Below, piece after piece: positions 27,416 through 35,870 of a stretch of DNA of 64,000 nt. How positions within the stretch are numbered: the first letter of the stretch is position 1; each line of letters opens with the position of its first letter. The DNA is taken from NCBI GenBank assembly GCA_964525295.1, contig CAZGEO010000001.1, forward strand, positions 312,662-376,661. Direction: 5' to 3'. Below the pieces are notes generated by a model, which searched no databases, was not told where the DNA came from, and saw only the letters and a list, made by a program, of their open reading frames with translations. A program made the position numbers and the translations under genes. The stretch comes from an uncultured Candidatus Saccharibacteria bacterium (GTDB taxonomy: Bacteria; Patescibacteriota; Dojkabacteria; GCA-002793355).

Positions 27416-28516
27416 ATGTCAGGAACCGTTCCCCTTGAAAAAGAATATACAAAAGAAAGAGGTGGCCCTGGCAATTCAATAATCACCATAGGTCCAAGAG
27501 AAAAAAATACTTCTGCTCCGAATGACATAGCTACTTACCTAAAAAACAGCCCTGTAGATTTTTTAGACAGTACAAGTACTTTTACTGCCAAAAAGATGAC
27601 CGAAGAACGTGCCATTTATTCACAAGCAAAAGAAAGAACCCTTGGTTTTATAACCCATTTGTTCGGAAAATACTTTCCGGAGCCAAAGACATCAGAACAA
27701 ACAATTCAAGATTTTGCTGCTCGAATTCCCTCTGAAGACAACGTTTTTATCGTTCTTGATAAACGTTATCAGGGCTTGACTCAATTGAAAGCGCTCAATA
27801 AACACCACCTCGAAATAAGAACTGCTCCATATGTTCCCTTGAAACTATCAGAACAATTGTTTTATCACGAAATATTCCACTTTTTTACTCCCATTACATT
27901 CAAATACTCTCAGCAAAGAAATCGATTCGAACTCATTCGACATGGCTTCGATACTTACAACCAAGAAGATCAAAAAAGTCGCGGTTTTGATACAGAAGCG
28001 AGCGCTGAACTTTTTTCTCTTGCCTGTGCGATTCATAACAAGGAAACTCATTTTTACCCTAGTGTCACTTATGCTCGTGAAACTGCTTTAATGTTAACTA
28101 TTCTCGAGGAAATCGCAAAATCAAAAGGAATAACAATAAAAGAGGCATTAAATCAATATCTTTACAAAAATCTTACGAGTAACCCAACCTGGCTAAAAGA
28201 TATTGTCAATGCACGTCAACATGCTGATAGTGCACGTGGAACTCCTCGTTATACAAGAGATCGATTAAAAGAACTATTTCGATTTGAAAGAAAACCCTAT
28301 ACGGTATTTGACCCACAAACACAACAGTTTATACATGATAGAGATGCAGTTAACCGAGTTGAGTATCTCGCTCTCTCATTATTTAACACTGCTCCCGAAA
28401 GTGCAGAAACCTATCGTCAATATGCGAATGCACTAACGAATTTCAACGTTACTGAAGAATTTACCAAAAAATTTCAAGAAAACTTTGGTATAGAACTTGC
28501 ATTCAAAAGTACATAG
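27416..28516 (+). CDS. Hypothetical protein with an HExxH motif (possible zinc metallopeptidase-like).
   Basis: 366 aa. It contains YHEIFHFF (HExxH). No other family signature is recognised. Confidence 0.45.
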   Translation: MSGTVPLEKEYTKERGGPGNSIITIGPREKNTSAPNDIATYLKNSPVDFLDSTSTFTAKKMTEERAIYSQAKERTLGFITHLFGKYFPEPKTSEQTIQDFAARIPSEDNVFIVLDKRYQGLTQLKALNKHHLEIRTAPYVPLKLSEQLFYHEIFHFFTPITFKYSQQRNRFELIRHGFDTYNQEDQKSRGFDTEASAELFSLACAIHNKETHFYPSVTYARETALMLTILEEIAKSKGITIKEALNQYLYKNLTSNPTWLKDIVNARQHADSARGTPRYTRDRLKELFRFERKPYTVFDPQTQQFIHDRDAVNRVEYLALSLFNTAPESAETYRQYANALTNFNVTEEFTKKFQENFGIELAFKST

Positions 28517-28586
28517 ATATCCCTGGCCTTACTGACGCGGGACTTACACTCCGAAATAGTATTCGCGAATTTGCTACAATTTCCAA

Positions 28587-29075
28587 GTGAACCTCGAAAC
28601 CAACAAAATACTCATTTACACTTTTTTCGTTTGGAGCAAAACCAGCTTTAAATTTCTCCGAAACGCCGAATTACCAGGCTGCAACAAAATATACATAAAG
28701 AGTATTCAAGAGGCACATCGACTTGCAAAGCACATTTTCTACCGAAAATACGATATTGTCTTAGGCATAGCAGACCATAACAAAAACGCAACTAAACACA
28801 AAATCGAAACAGAATTCGTTAATTTTTATGGCAAAAGAAAGATCATTGAAAATGCACCAGATTCGTATCATCCAACACTCAATCTCAAGCCTGATGAAAC
28901 CAGTTATTTAGCTAATCACACAACATCGGGCCCCTGCAATCGTTCTGCGTATCTAATCTCAAAAATGATTGCAGAAAATGATTTGCCGACTAAGCTTGGA
29001 TTCGTGCACATCAACAAGAATACAACTTTTACTGATCTACAAGCAACAATTAGCAACTGGATTCAAACGCATTAA
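28587..29075 (+). CDS. Divergent peptidase C15-like (pyroglutamyl-peptidase I-like) protein.
   Basis: Glu, Cys and His occur in order in Pcp-like contexts: IETEFVN (like ERVAIN), TSGPCNRSAYLI (like AGTFVCNHLMY), and LGFVHINK (like GFIHVP). At 162 aa it is shorter than typical Pcp, so this is tentative. Confidence 0.45.
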   Translation: MNLETNKILIYTFFVWSKTSFKFLRNAELPGCNKIYIKSIQEAHRLAKHIFYRKYDIVLGIADHNKNATKHKIETEFVNFYGKRKIIENAPDSYHPTLNLKPDETSYLANHTTSGPCNRSAYLISKMIAENDLPTKLGFVHINKNTTFTDLQATISNWIQTH

Positions 29076-29092
29076 GCATTACGTATTACACT

Positions 29093-30355
29093 CTACTCCC
29101 TCAAACTCTTCATGAAATCAGCATTGTTCTTGGTAGTCTTCATACGTTCGATAAGTACTTCTGAGGCATTTTCGCCATTTTTCTCGATATTGTCGAGCAT
29201 TCTGCGAATTAACCACGATAATTGCAAGGTTTCTTGACCAAGTAAGAGATCTTCACGACGAGTTCCTGAACGAACGACATCGATTGCCGGATAAATACGC
29301 TTCTCACCAAGACTTCTGTCAAGATGAAGTTCCATGTTACCAGTACCTTTGAATTCTTCGTAAATAAGGTCATCCATCTTGCTACCTGTATTAACAAGCG
29401 CAGTTGCAATAATAGTCAAGCTACCGCCTTCTTCAAAATTACGTGCAGCACCAAAGAATCGCTTTGGTGGATACAACGCAGCAGGATCAAAACCACCTGA
29501 CAAGGTACGACCAGAACTTGGAATAACCAAGTTATAAGCACGTGCCAATCGGGTAATACTATCCATTAAGATTACAACATCTTTATTCCATTCAACCAAT
29601 CGTTTTGCTCTTTCGAGTGCCATTTCAGCGACAGTTACGTTGTTTTGTGGATGTTCATCGAAGTTCGAGGCATACACCTCACCCTTGATAGAACGCTGCA
29701 TATCGGTAACTTCTTCAGGTCGTTCACCAACTAACACTACAATAATTTGTACATCTGGATGATTTGCCGAAATACCGTTTGCAATTTCTTTCAATATCGT
29801 CGTTTTACCTGCTTTAGGTGGTGAAACTACCATTGATCGTTGACCGTGCCCAATTGGCGAGAGTAAATCGATGATTCTTGTAGAAAGAATATCTGGTGAA
29901 GTTTCAAGATGCAATTGTCTATTGGGGAAAATCGCAGTTCTTTTCTCGAAAGGTACTCGTTTCTGATTTTCTGCTGCTCCAAGGCCGCTAACATAATCGA
30001 CTTTAAGCATATTGCGGTATTTTTCACCTTCTTTTAAAGGACGCACAACACCTTCTACAACATCCCCTGTTCTGAGGCTAAATTTCTGAATTTGTGTACT
30101 CGATACATAAATATCTCGTGAGCTAGGAAGAACACCTTCGACACGAACAAAGCCGTGATTACCATTATTTACTACTTCGAGAAAACCTTTCTCGTATTCG
30201 AAACCGCCTTTTATGGCTGAGGCCCGCAATATATCGTAAATAAGTTGCTCTTTGTCTTTGGCTGTGTAGTTTGCGACGTCTTTAACGTCGTATTCACCGG
30301 CCATTTTCTTTAAGGCAACGAGTGTTTCTTCTTGAAGTTTTTGAACAGTTAACAT
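29093..30355 (-). CDS. rho: Transcription termination factor Rho.
   Basis: The N-terminal domain, RNA-binding OB region, P-loop [16 protein letters not shown] and the C-terminal ATPase region with [13 protein letters not shown] are all present. 420 aa. Confidence 0.9.
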   Translation of the reverse strand: MLTVQKLQEETLVALKKMAGEYDVKDVANYTAKDKEQLIYDILRASAIKGGFEYEKGFLEVVNNGNHGFVRVEGVLPSSRDIYVSSTQIQKFSLRTGDVVEGVVRPLKEGEKYRNMLKVDYVSGLGAAENQKRVPFEKRTAIFPNRQLHLETSPDILSTRIIDLLSPIGHGQRSMVVSPPKAGKTTILKEIANGISANHPDVQIIVVLVGERPEEVTDMQRSIKGEVYASNFDEHPQNNVTVAEMALERAKRLVEWNKDVVILMDSITRLARAYNLVIPSSGRTLSGGFDPAALYPPKRFFGAARNFEEGGSLTIIATALVNTGSKMDDLIYEEFKGTGNMELHLDRSLGEKRIYPAIDVVRSGTRREDLLLGQETLQLSWLIRRMLDNIEKNGENASEVLIERMKTTKNNADFMKSLRE

Positions 30356-30417
30356 GAAAAATGATGATTATTTTAAGACTCTTCGGCTTAATTCACGCGA
30401 GAGGATGATTTTCATTA

Positions 30418-30426
30418 ATTATATCA
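30418..30426 (-). promoter_or_regulatory. Extended -10 element TGATATAAT, about 60 nt upstream of the rho ATG. Proposed as the proximal rho promoter.
   Basis: Minus-strand sequence is TAGACA-16 bp-TGATATAAT. The identical TGATATAAT element is also found upstream of the S1 gene. Confidence 0.4.
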
Positions 30427-30505
30427 CAGGAACGTACTCTGTCTATTCAGTTAGTTACTTCTGAATATTAGGTATGTTCTAAAGATTTTAATGTGGGAGA
30501 TTTTT

Positions 30506-30546
30506 AAAAAAGGAGAGGGGATCGGCACTGCCCCAAACCGATCCCG
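30506..30546 (-). terminator. Rho-independent terminator.
   Basis: Minus-strand RNA is GGGAUCGG-UUUGGGGCAGUG-CCGAUCCC-CUCUCC-UUUUUU. The stem is a perfect 8 bp and GC-rich, followed by a U6 tract. Confidence 0.6.
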
Positions 30547-30649
30547 AGGAAAACTCACTTTTATGAACTTTCCTCGAGATAGTGCCCGAGTAATGTCTCC
30601 TTATCCTCTGGCCCAGAACTTCCAGACCAAGGGATAAAAATACATTTCT
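30506..30649 (-). ncRNA. Candidate ~140-nt small RNA or attenuator-type leader transcript upstream of rho. Promoter and terminator are defined. It contains a 14-codon mini-ORF, MYFYPLVWKFWARG.
   Basis: It is bounded by a perfect consensus promoter (30656-30684) and an intrinsic terminator (30506-30546). No protein-coding ORF of 60 aa or more is present. Three alternative hairpins are described in the findings. Confidence 0.5.
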
Positions 30650-30655
30650 GAGTTA

Positions 30656-30684
30656 ATTATACTCTAGTGCATACCGCATGTCAA
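30656..30684 (-). promoter_or_regulatory. Perfect sigma70 consensus promoter: TTGACA, 17-bp spacer, TATAAT.
   Basis: Minus-strand sequence is TTGACAtgcggtatgcactagagTATAAT. Both hexamers match consensus 6/6 and the spacer is exactly 17 bp. It drives transcription toward rho. Confidence 0.6.
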
Positions 30685-30843
30685 TAGCAATACAGTATAT
30701 AGGCAATAGTATTGCAGAACTGGCTTTCGCCCCTATCAACGGGGGCTTTGTACACATCCGTGATTTAGCTATGGTACGTGAAACATCTAAATTATAAGAC
30801 AGGAAAACGGACAGTTTAATGCACAAAACGATGTGAAATGTAA

Positions 30844-32136
30844 CTATCCTAACGCTGCAATGTTTGGAATGCTCTTATGAGCATAAATATTCTCGAATGT
30901 AAGCTTCTTTGCCTCTTTATAGCGCTGATCGAACGCATTCCCTGGCTTAACCTCGCCAAGAAGCCCCACCTCACCAATAAACAATGAATTTGTCCACACT
31001 TTACCAGTTAACGATGAAATCATTGCTGCAACAATAGCCAAATCAGCACCAGAATCTTTGATCGTGATGCCACCATTTACCTTAATAAATATATCTTTAT
31101 GATCTAAATGCAGCTTAGGTAGCTTCTTCGCGATTACTGCAGCTAAAACTTCAACACGATTCTTTGAAACCCCCTCAACTACCCTTCTAGGTACTGCAAA
31201 TGGCGAATCATTGACCAATGCTTGAACTTGCACAACCATTGGACGAGTTCCTTGCAATGTCATGGCAAGCGCACTTCCTGGTTCATTTGAAGAAAGTGAC
31301 GAAACCAGCATCGTGGCAAAGTCCTGCTTGTCAGACATTCCCTGCACATGCATATCAAGAAAACCAACTTCACCGGTATCACCGTAACGATTTTTCAAAG
31401 TTCTAATCATACGGGTATTTTCACTCCCGACCTTTTCTAGGTATACAACAACGTCAACGATATGCTCAACCGTTTTAGGGCCAGCAACGTAACCTTCTTT
31501 AGTTACCTGCGCAATCAAAAATACTATTGTGTCATTCTTTTTTGCCCACGTCGTTAATGCACCAGTTACTGCTTTTAATTGACTCATTCCACCTGACAAT
31601 CCATCAAGACCTGAATCTTGCAATGAATGGATTGAGTCAATAACAACTGCATCGAATGATTGCCCCGAAAGTCCAGAAACAATCACTTCCAGATCTTGCT
31701 CTGACAGCAGATATAAATTTTCTGGGGCATTTTTTGCTACACGTTCTAATCGCTCTGAAACCTGCTCTAACGACTCTTCACCCGACACATACGCTACCTG
31801 CTTACCTTGCATGGCAAATTGAGCCAAAATCTGAAGCAAGAGCGTAGACTTTCCTATACCTGGGTCGCCACCAACTAGAACCACCGTCCCACGCGAAATC
31901 CCCCCACCTAAAACTCGATCTACTTCAGAAAATCCCGTTTTCAATCTTTCCTTAAATTTTCTTTCAACTTTATGCGCCTGTACGAAGCTGGCAGACGTTC
32001 CGAATTTCGCAATCAAACCTTTCTTAGCCGCCTTAGGGGCATCTGCTGTTTCTTCAAAAGAGCCCCATTTTTCGCACTGAGGGCATTTTCCTGACCACTT
32101 CGATTGATTAAAACCACAACTATTACAAACGTACAT
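30844..32136 (-). CDS. radA: DNA repair protein RadA (Sms).
   Basis: N-terminal zinc ribbon MYVCNSCGF...CPQCEKWGSF, the RecA-like P-loop GGDPGIGKSTLLLQ, and a C-terminal Lon-protease-like domain. I chose the ATG at 32136 (MYVCNSCGF), which has a TATAAT box 6 nt upstream. The track start is TTG at 32154. Confidence 0.85.
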   Translation of the reverse strand: MYVCNSCGFNQSKWSGKCPQCEKWGSFEETADAPKAAKKGLIAKFGTSASFVQAHKVERKFKERLKTGFSEVDRVLGGGISRGTVVLVGGDPGIGKSTLLLQILAQFAMQGKQVAYVSGEESLEQVSERLERVAKNAPENLYLLSEQDLEVIVSGLSGQSFDAVVIDSIHSLQDSGLDGLSGGMSQLKAVTGALTTWAKKNDTIVFLIAQVTKEGYVAGPKTVEHIVDVVVYLEKVGSENTRMIRTLKNRYGDTGEVGFLDMHVQGMSDKQDFATMLVSSLSSNEPGSALAMTLQGTRPMVVQVQALVNDSPFAVPRRVVEGVSKNRVEVLAAVIAKKLPKLHLDHKDIFIKVNGGITIKDSGADLAIVAAMISSLTGKVWTNSLFIGEVGLLGEVKPGNAFDQRYKEAKKLTFENIYAHKSIPNIAALG

Positions 32137-32264
32137 GTTTATATTATATATCAAGCGTTAATTTATTCGGTAACAGAAAGCCCAGAGCATCAACCCGCAT
32201 GACGCAATCGTGCTTGCTAAACATAAAAAGAACGAACGTTGAAACGTCAGTATATTGTGGCAAG

Positions 32265-32311
32265 TGTGGTGCGGTGGTACTTTTCTAAAAATAATTAACC
32301 ACCGCACCACA
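32265..32311. repeat. Perfect 13-bp inverted repeat (TGTGGTGCGGTGG / CCACCGCACCACA) around a 21-nt AT-rich loop.
   Basis: Read directly from the sequence between the four-helix-bundle gene stop (32318) and the radA start. There is no flanking U-tract on either strand, so it is not a canonical intrinsic terminator. Confidence 0.6.
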
Positions 32312-32317
32312 AAATAA

Positions 32318-32692
32318 TTACGCCTCTTTTTGAGATTCTTCTCTCTTCTTGGTTACTGTTGCAATTGATGCAGATAACATCTTTGCAAGCTCAACCAAAA
32401 GACCATCTACTTCTGCGCGATAATCTGAATTAATCAAACCAACACCTTCAAGAAGCTCTACCCAACATTGGCAACGAATAACTCCACGTCGTGCAACATA
32501 CAACTTAATGACGAAGGTTTTTGTTGAGCCATATTCTCGCATCGAATACAGCTGCACCGCGACTGAGGCAGCATCTTGCATAATTGCCTGCAACAGGTAA
32601 TTATCTTTCTCTTTCTTCGAAAGTTCGGCGACCTTTTTGTACACCGAGTAAAACAAATCTTGCGATTTGTCATAGAGTAAGTTTTTTTCCAT
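32318..32692 (-). CDS. Four-helix-bundle protein (the family formerly called 23S rRNA intervening-sequence protein).
   Basis: 124 aa. AIMQDAASVAVQLYSMREYGSTKTFVIKLYVARRGVIRCQCWVELL matches the family pattern xIxSNIAEGxGRxSxKEFxxFLxIARGSxxELxTxL. Confidence 0.5.
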   Translation of the reverse strand: MEKNLLYDKSQDLFYSVYKKVAELSKKEKDNYLLQAIMQDAASVAVQLYSMREYGSTKTFVIKLYVARRGVIRCQCWVELLEGVGLINSDYRAEVDGLLVELAKMLSASIATVTKKREESQKEA

Positions 32693-32761
32693 GCACTATT
32701 CTGCAACGGAAAAAATGATTACCATAACTGATCAATAAAATATCTAGATACTGTACTTTTC

Positions 32762-35311
32762 TTATGCTATAACTAATTTCTTCCCTTTCAAGTCTAGTTG
32801 CAATGCTAGTTGAGAAGCCTTTTTCTGGGCATCAAGTAGATTATTCTCAAGAACATAATCTGCGACAAGGTTCTCAATTTCATGTTGCAACACTCTACGT
32901 AGTGGTCTTGCCCCGTATTCTGTACTAAATCCTTTTTCAAGTAGATGTTTTTTAGCTTTTTCGGAAATATTAACTGCAATATTCATTTCTGTTAAACGTT
33001 TATTGAGCTCGCTAATCAGAATTTCAAGTACTTGTGCAGCATCCTCTTTGGTTAATCCTTTGAAAATAATGACATCATCGAGTCTGTTAAGCAATTCTGG
33101 ACGTAACTTCTTGCGAAGTTCTCGCAATAACTTTTCTTTCATCTCATCATATGCTTGGGAACTCAACTCAACAAGATTTCGCTGTTTTTGCTCACGATAA
33201 AAGCCCAAGACTTTATCTTCAGCAATTTGCTCTGCGCCAATGTTTGAAGTCAAAATGATTATGGTATTTTGGAAACTAACTCTATTCCCTTTGGCATCCA
33301 TCAGGTGTCCGTCTTCCAAAATTTGTAAAAGGATATTTAATACGTCAGAATGCGCCTTTTCAATTTCGTCAAAGAGTACTACACTGTACGGATTTTCGGC
33401 AATTTTTTCGGTTAACCACCCACCTTGTTCAAATCCAACATATCCCGGAGGGGAACCAATTAATTTTGATACACTATGCTGCTCCATATATTCAGACATA
33501 TCGATCTGAATGAGCCTATCTTCATCATTACCGAACAGATTCTTTGCTAAAACCTTGGCGAGTTCTGTCTTTCCGACACCAGTTGGTCCGAGAAAGAGTA
33601 AGCTTGCCCACGGTCGCTTCTTACTGCTTACCCCTACTCTTCCCCGCTTTACCGCATTGGCAACCTGTTTAATTGCATCTTCCTGACTAATAATCTCAGT
33701 CTTAATTTTCTCTTCTAACTTCAACAACATCGAAGTTTCATCTGCACTTACCGTTGACATCGGAAGCTTTGTCCAGGTCGATACAATATCTCTGATATCT
33801 TCATCGGTAATTGAAACCTTTGAATTCTGCAAATCTTTACGGTGTTTTTCTTGCAATTCCTTAATTTGCTTCGAAATAGCAACAATTTCACTCTGCAATT
33901 TTTCTGCCAATGAGTAATCGCCTAGGTTCACCAATCTATCTTTCTTGTCAGCCAATTCTTTTTTAATTTTCAATAATTCACCCAAACCACGATACTTGTA
34001 CTCGCGTGCGAATTTTTTCTTGCTTGCAGCAAGATCTAAGATTTCTAGTGCTTTTTCGGGCAATACACGATCAGGAATATATTGCGATGTTAAGCGAATA
34101 ACCGATTCTACTGCTCCTGGCTGAATTACAATATTGTGCTCCTTCTCTAATGCTTTAACCGCATCTTTAAGGAGGGTTGTCGCATTTTCTACTTCAGGTT
34201 CTTCAATTTCGATTACAGAGAAAAATCGTAAAAGACTCTTATTAGTTTCGTATAATTGATGCATTTCTTCGGGAGTCATTGCAGCAATTATGCTTAGACC
34301 ATTTTTTTCTAAAAAGGCTTTGAAGGTACTCCCCATATTCATACCACCACGGATAGGTGAAGCAAGCAAAGTTGCAAAGTCATCAATATACAAGACCAAT
34401 TCTTCAGAGCCGTAGGCATCATTTAACACCGCCATCACCTGCTTTTCAACCTCATTTGGAAATTTCGAAAGTGCAATTATTGCAGGTAAATTCAGTCTTA
34501 ACAATTTTTTATGATTAATTGATACTGGAACATCACCGTTAATTAAACGATAGGCCAATTCATCAACAATGTGTGACTTTCCAACGCCACTTGGACCAAC
34601 CAAGAGTACATTGCGATTTCTTGAACGCAACAAGATCGTAAGTATTTGATCAGTAAATTCGTGTCGTTGCCCTTTGGCAATAACTTGCTCGAATTGTCTA
34701 AATTTGTTTGTAAGGTGCTCCGTAAATAACGTAATTGCGGGTTCACCATTCTCCTGCATCAAAGTAGGCAATGGTTTTGCGAGTGGTAATGAGACATCTT
34801 CGGCTTGCCGAAGAATTTCAAAAGGCATAGCAACTGCACGCAAAACATCTTGTGCAAAATTTGTAAGTGAAGGAATGTGCGTTAAGAGTTCCTTAACAAA
34901 TGGTAATTCTTTAGTATTGCCCTTAAATAATGCCAACAATACATGTTCTGTTCCGACATAATACCCTGCAGCTTCTCTCGCAATTCTAACGCTTTCTAAT
35001 ATAAGTTCTTGCGAATCGGGAGATAATGATAGTGATGAATTTTTTAGTAATCTGGTTTTTGCAATTTCTGCACCAGTTAGTGAACTTAATCGCTTTGTTG
35101 TTTCAGCACTATCTAAGCCAAATTTTTCTAACAAAAAATATCCGAGTGAATCTTTATTTTGTAGTATTCCGATAAACAAGTGCTTAGGCTCAACAGCGGT
35201 CGCTTTCGATTTTTGCGCTACTTTGAATGCATACTCGATCATAAAATGAAATGCCTGAGTGAATCTTGAGACAGGCAATTGCTTATTTCTCTGTATTTTG
35301 ACTGTTGGCAT
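32762..35311 (-). CDS. ClpC/ClpB-family AAA+ chaperone ATPase with two nucleotide-binding domains.
   Basis: Clp_N-like N-terminus. NBD1 Walker A is LLVGPSGVGKS and NBD2 Walker A is LFLGPTGVGKTELAK. There is a coiled-coil middle region and a C-terminal D2-small domain. Start is uncertain between 35311 (MPTVKIQ...) and the track start at 35356. Confidence 0.8.
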   Translation of the reverse strand: MPTVKIQRNKQLPVSRFTQAFHFMIEYAFKVAQKSKATAVEPKHLFIGILQNKDSLGYFLLEKFGLDSAETTKRLSSLTGAEIAKTRLLKNSSLSLSPDSQELILESVRIAREAAGYYVGTEHVLLALFKGNTKELPFVKELLTHIPSLTNFAQDVLRAVAMPFEILRQAEDVSLPLAKPLPTLMQENGEPAITLFTEHLTNKFRQFEQVIAKGQRHEFTDQILTILLRSRNRNVLLVGPSGVGKSHIVDELAYRLINGDVPVSINHKKLLRLNLPAIIALSKFPNEVEKQVMAVLNDAYGSEELVLYIDDFATLLASPIRGGMNMGSTFKAFLEKNGLSIIAAMTPEEMHQLYETNKSLLRFFSVIEIEEPEVENATTLLKDAVKALEKEHNIVIQPGAVESVIRLTSQYIPDRVLPEKALEILDLAASKKKFAREYKYRGLGELLKIKKELADKKDRLVNLGDYSLAEKLQSEIVAISKQIKELQEKHRKDLQNSKVSITDEDIRDIVSTWTKLPMSTVSADETSMLLKLEEKIKTEIISQEDAIKQVANAVKRGRVGVSSKKRPWASLLFLGPTGVGKTELAKVLAKNLFGNDEDRLIQIDMSEYMEQHSVSKLIGSPPGYVGFEQGGWLTEKIAENPYSVVLFDEIEKAHSDVLNILLQILEDGHLMDAKGNRVSFQNTIIILTSNIGAEQIAEDKVLGFYREQKQRNLVELSSQAYDEMKEKLLRELRKKLRPELLNRLDDVIIFKGLTKEDAAQVLEILISELNKRLTEMNIAVNISEKAKKHLLEKGFSTEYGARPLRRVLQHEIENLVADYVLENNLLDAQKKASQLALQLDLKGKKLVIA

Positions 35312-35361
35312 GTAGCAATTATAGCAGGTGACTGCTAATATGCAAACTGTAAACAATCCAT

Positions 35362-35814
35362 TTAGAGGCTTTTTTCTGCACTATTCGCAAGTATTTCGCG
35401 AAATACTAAAATTACTCCATCAGGATCTCGTAAAACTAACTCTTTCGTTCCCCATGGAAATTCTCTAATTGGAACAGCAATTGTTAGGTCATTTTCATTA
35501 GCACATTGGAAAATATTTTCGATTGAGTCTACGTCAAACATCAATGAGATTTTGGAGCTTTTGACTTCTTCCAGAAAGACTTCTGGTTTTACTGCAATAT
35601 GTCCATCGGCGATCTCAAATAGTGCATTTCCTATGCCAAAAGTTACGCCACAATATTTTTCGCTAGCAGTAGGACAAGTAAATTTTTCTATAAATTCAGA
35701 AAATCCATACGCAAAGATAGGCTCGAATCCTAATTTCTGATAGAAATCTAATGATCTTTGCATTGACTTAACTTTAATATGTGCGCCCATTCTCGTTATT
35801 GCAAATTTTTTCAT
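35362..35814 (-). CDS. VOC-family protein (glyoxalase-like).
   Basis: 150 aa. MGAHIKVKSMQRSLDFYQKLGFEP is the VOC N-terminal module. It is the second VOC gene in the window. Confidence 0.55.
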   Translation of the reverse strand: MKKFAITRMGAHIKVKSMQRSLDFYQKLGFEPIFAYGFSEFIEKFTCPTASEKYCGVTFGIGNALFEIADGHIAVKPEVFLEEVKSSKISLMFDVDSIENIFQCANENDLTIAVPIREFPWGTKELVLRDPDGVILVFREILANSAEKSL

Positions 35815-35870
35815 ATTGATACAAAATTATTATGTATTAATACTCATATTTTCCCAGGAGACTTCCTCTA

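Noticed and set aside
30506-30649. Interpreting the aromatic-rich mini-ORF as a trp/phe operon leader peptide.
   Set aside because: The downstream gene is rho and not an amino-acid biosynthesis operon, and regulatory Trp/Phe codons are not positioned within hairpin segment 1. I therefore treat the peptide as possibly incidental or as part of a different, unknown mechanism.
30356-30843. Tested whether the 488-bp rho-radA intergenic region encodes tmRNA, RNase P RNA, SRP RNA or a tRNA.
   Set aside because: I found no tRNA-like 3' domain (GGTTCGAATCC…ACCA), no RNase P conserved blocks (GGAAAGUCCGG / ACAGAAAC) and no SRP domain IV consensus (GGUCCGGAAGGAAGCAGC). Only a partial GGUCUGGAAG resemblance was seen. 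The promoter-terminator unit is therefore reported as an unclassified sRNA or attenuator candidate.
32265-32311. Calling the 13-bp inverted repeat an intrinsic terminator.
   Set aside because: There is no U-tract 3' of the stem on either strand. It is recorded as a repeat or possible operator instead.
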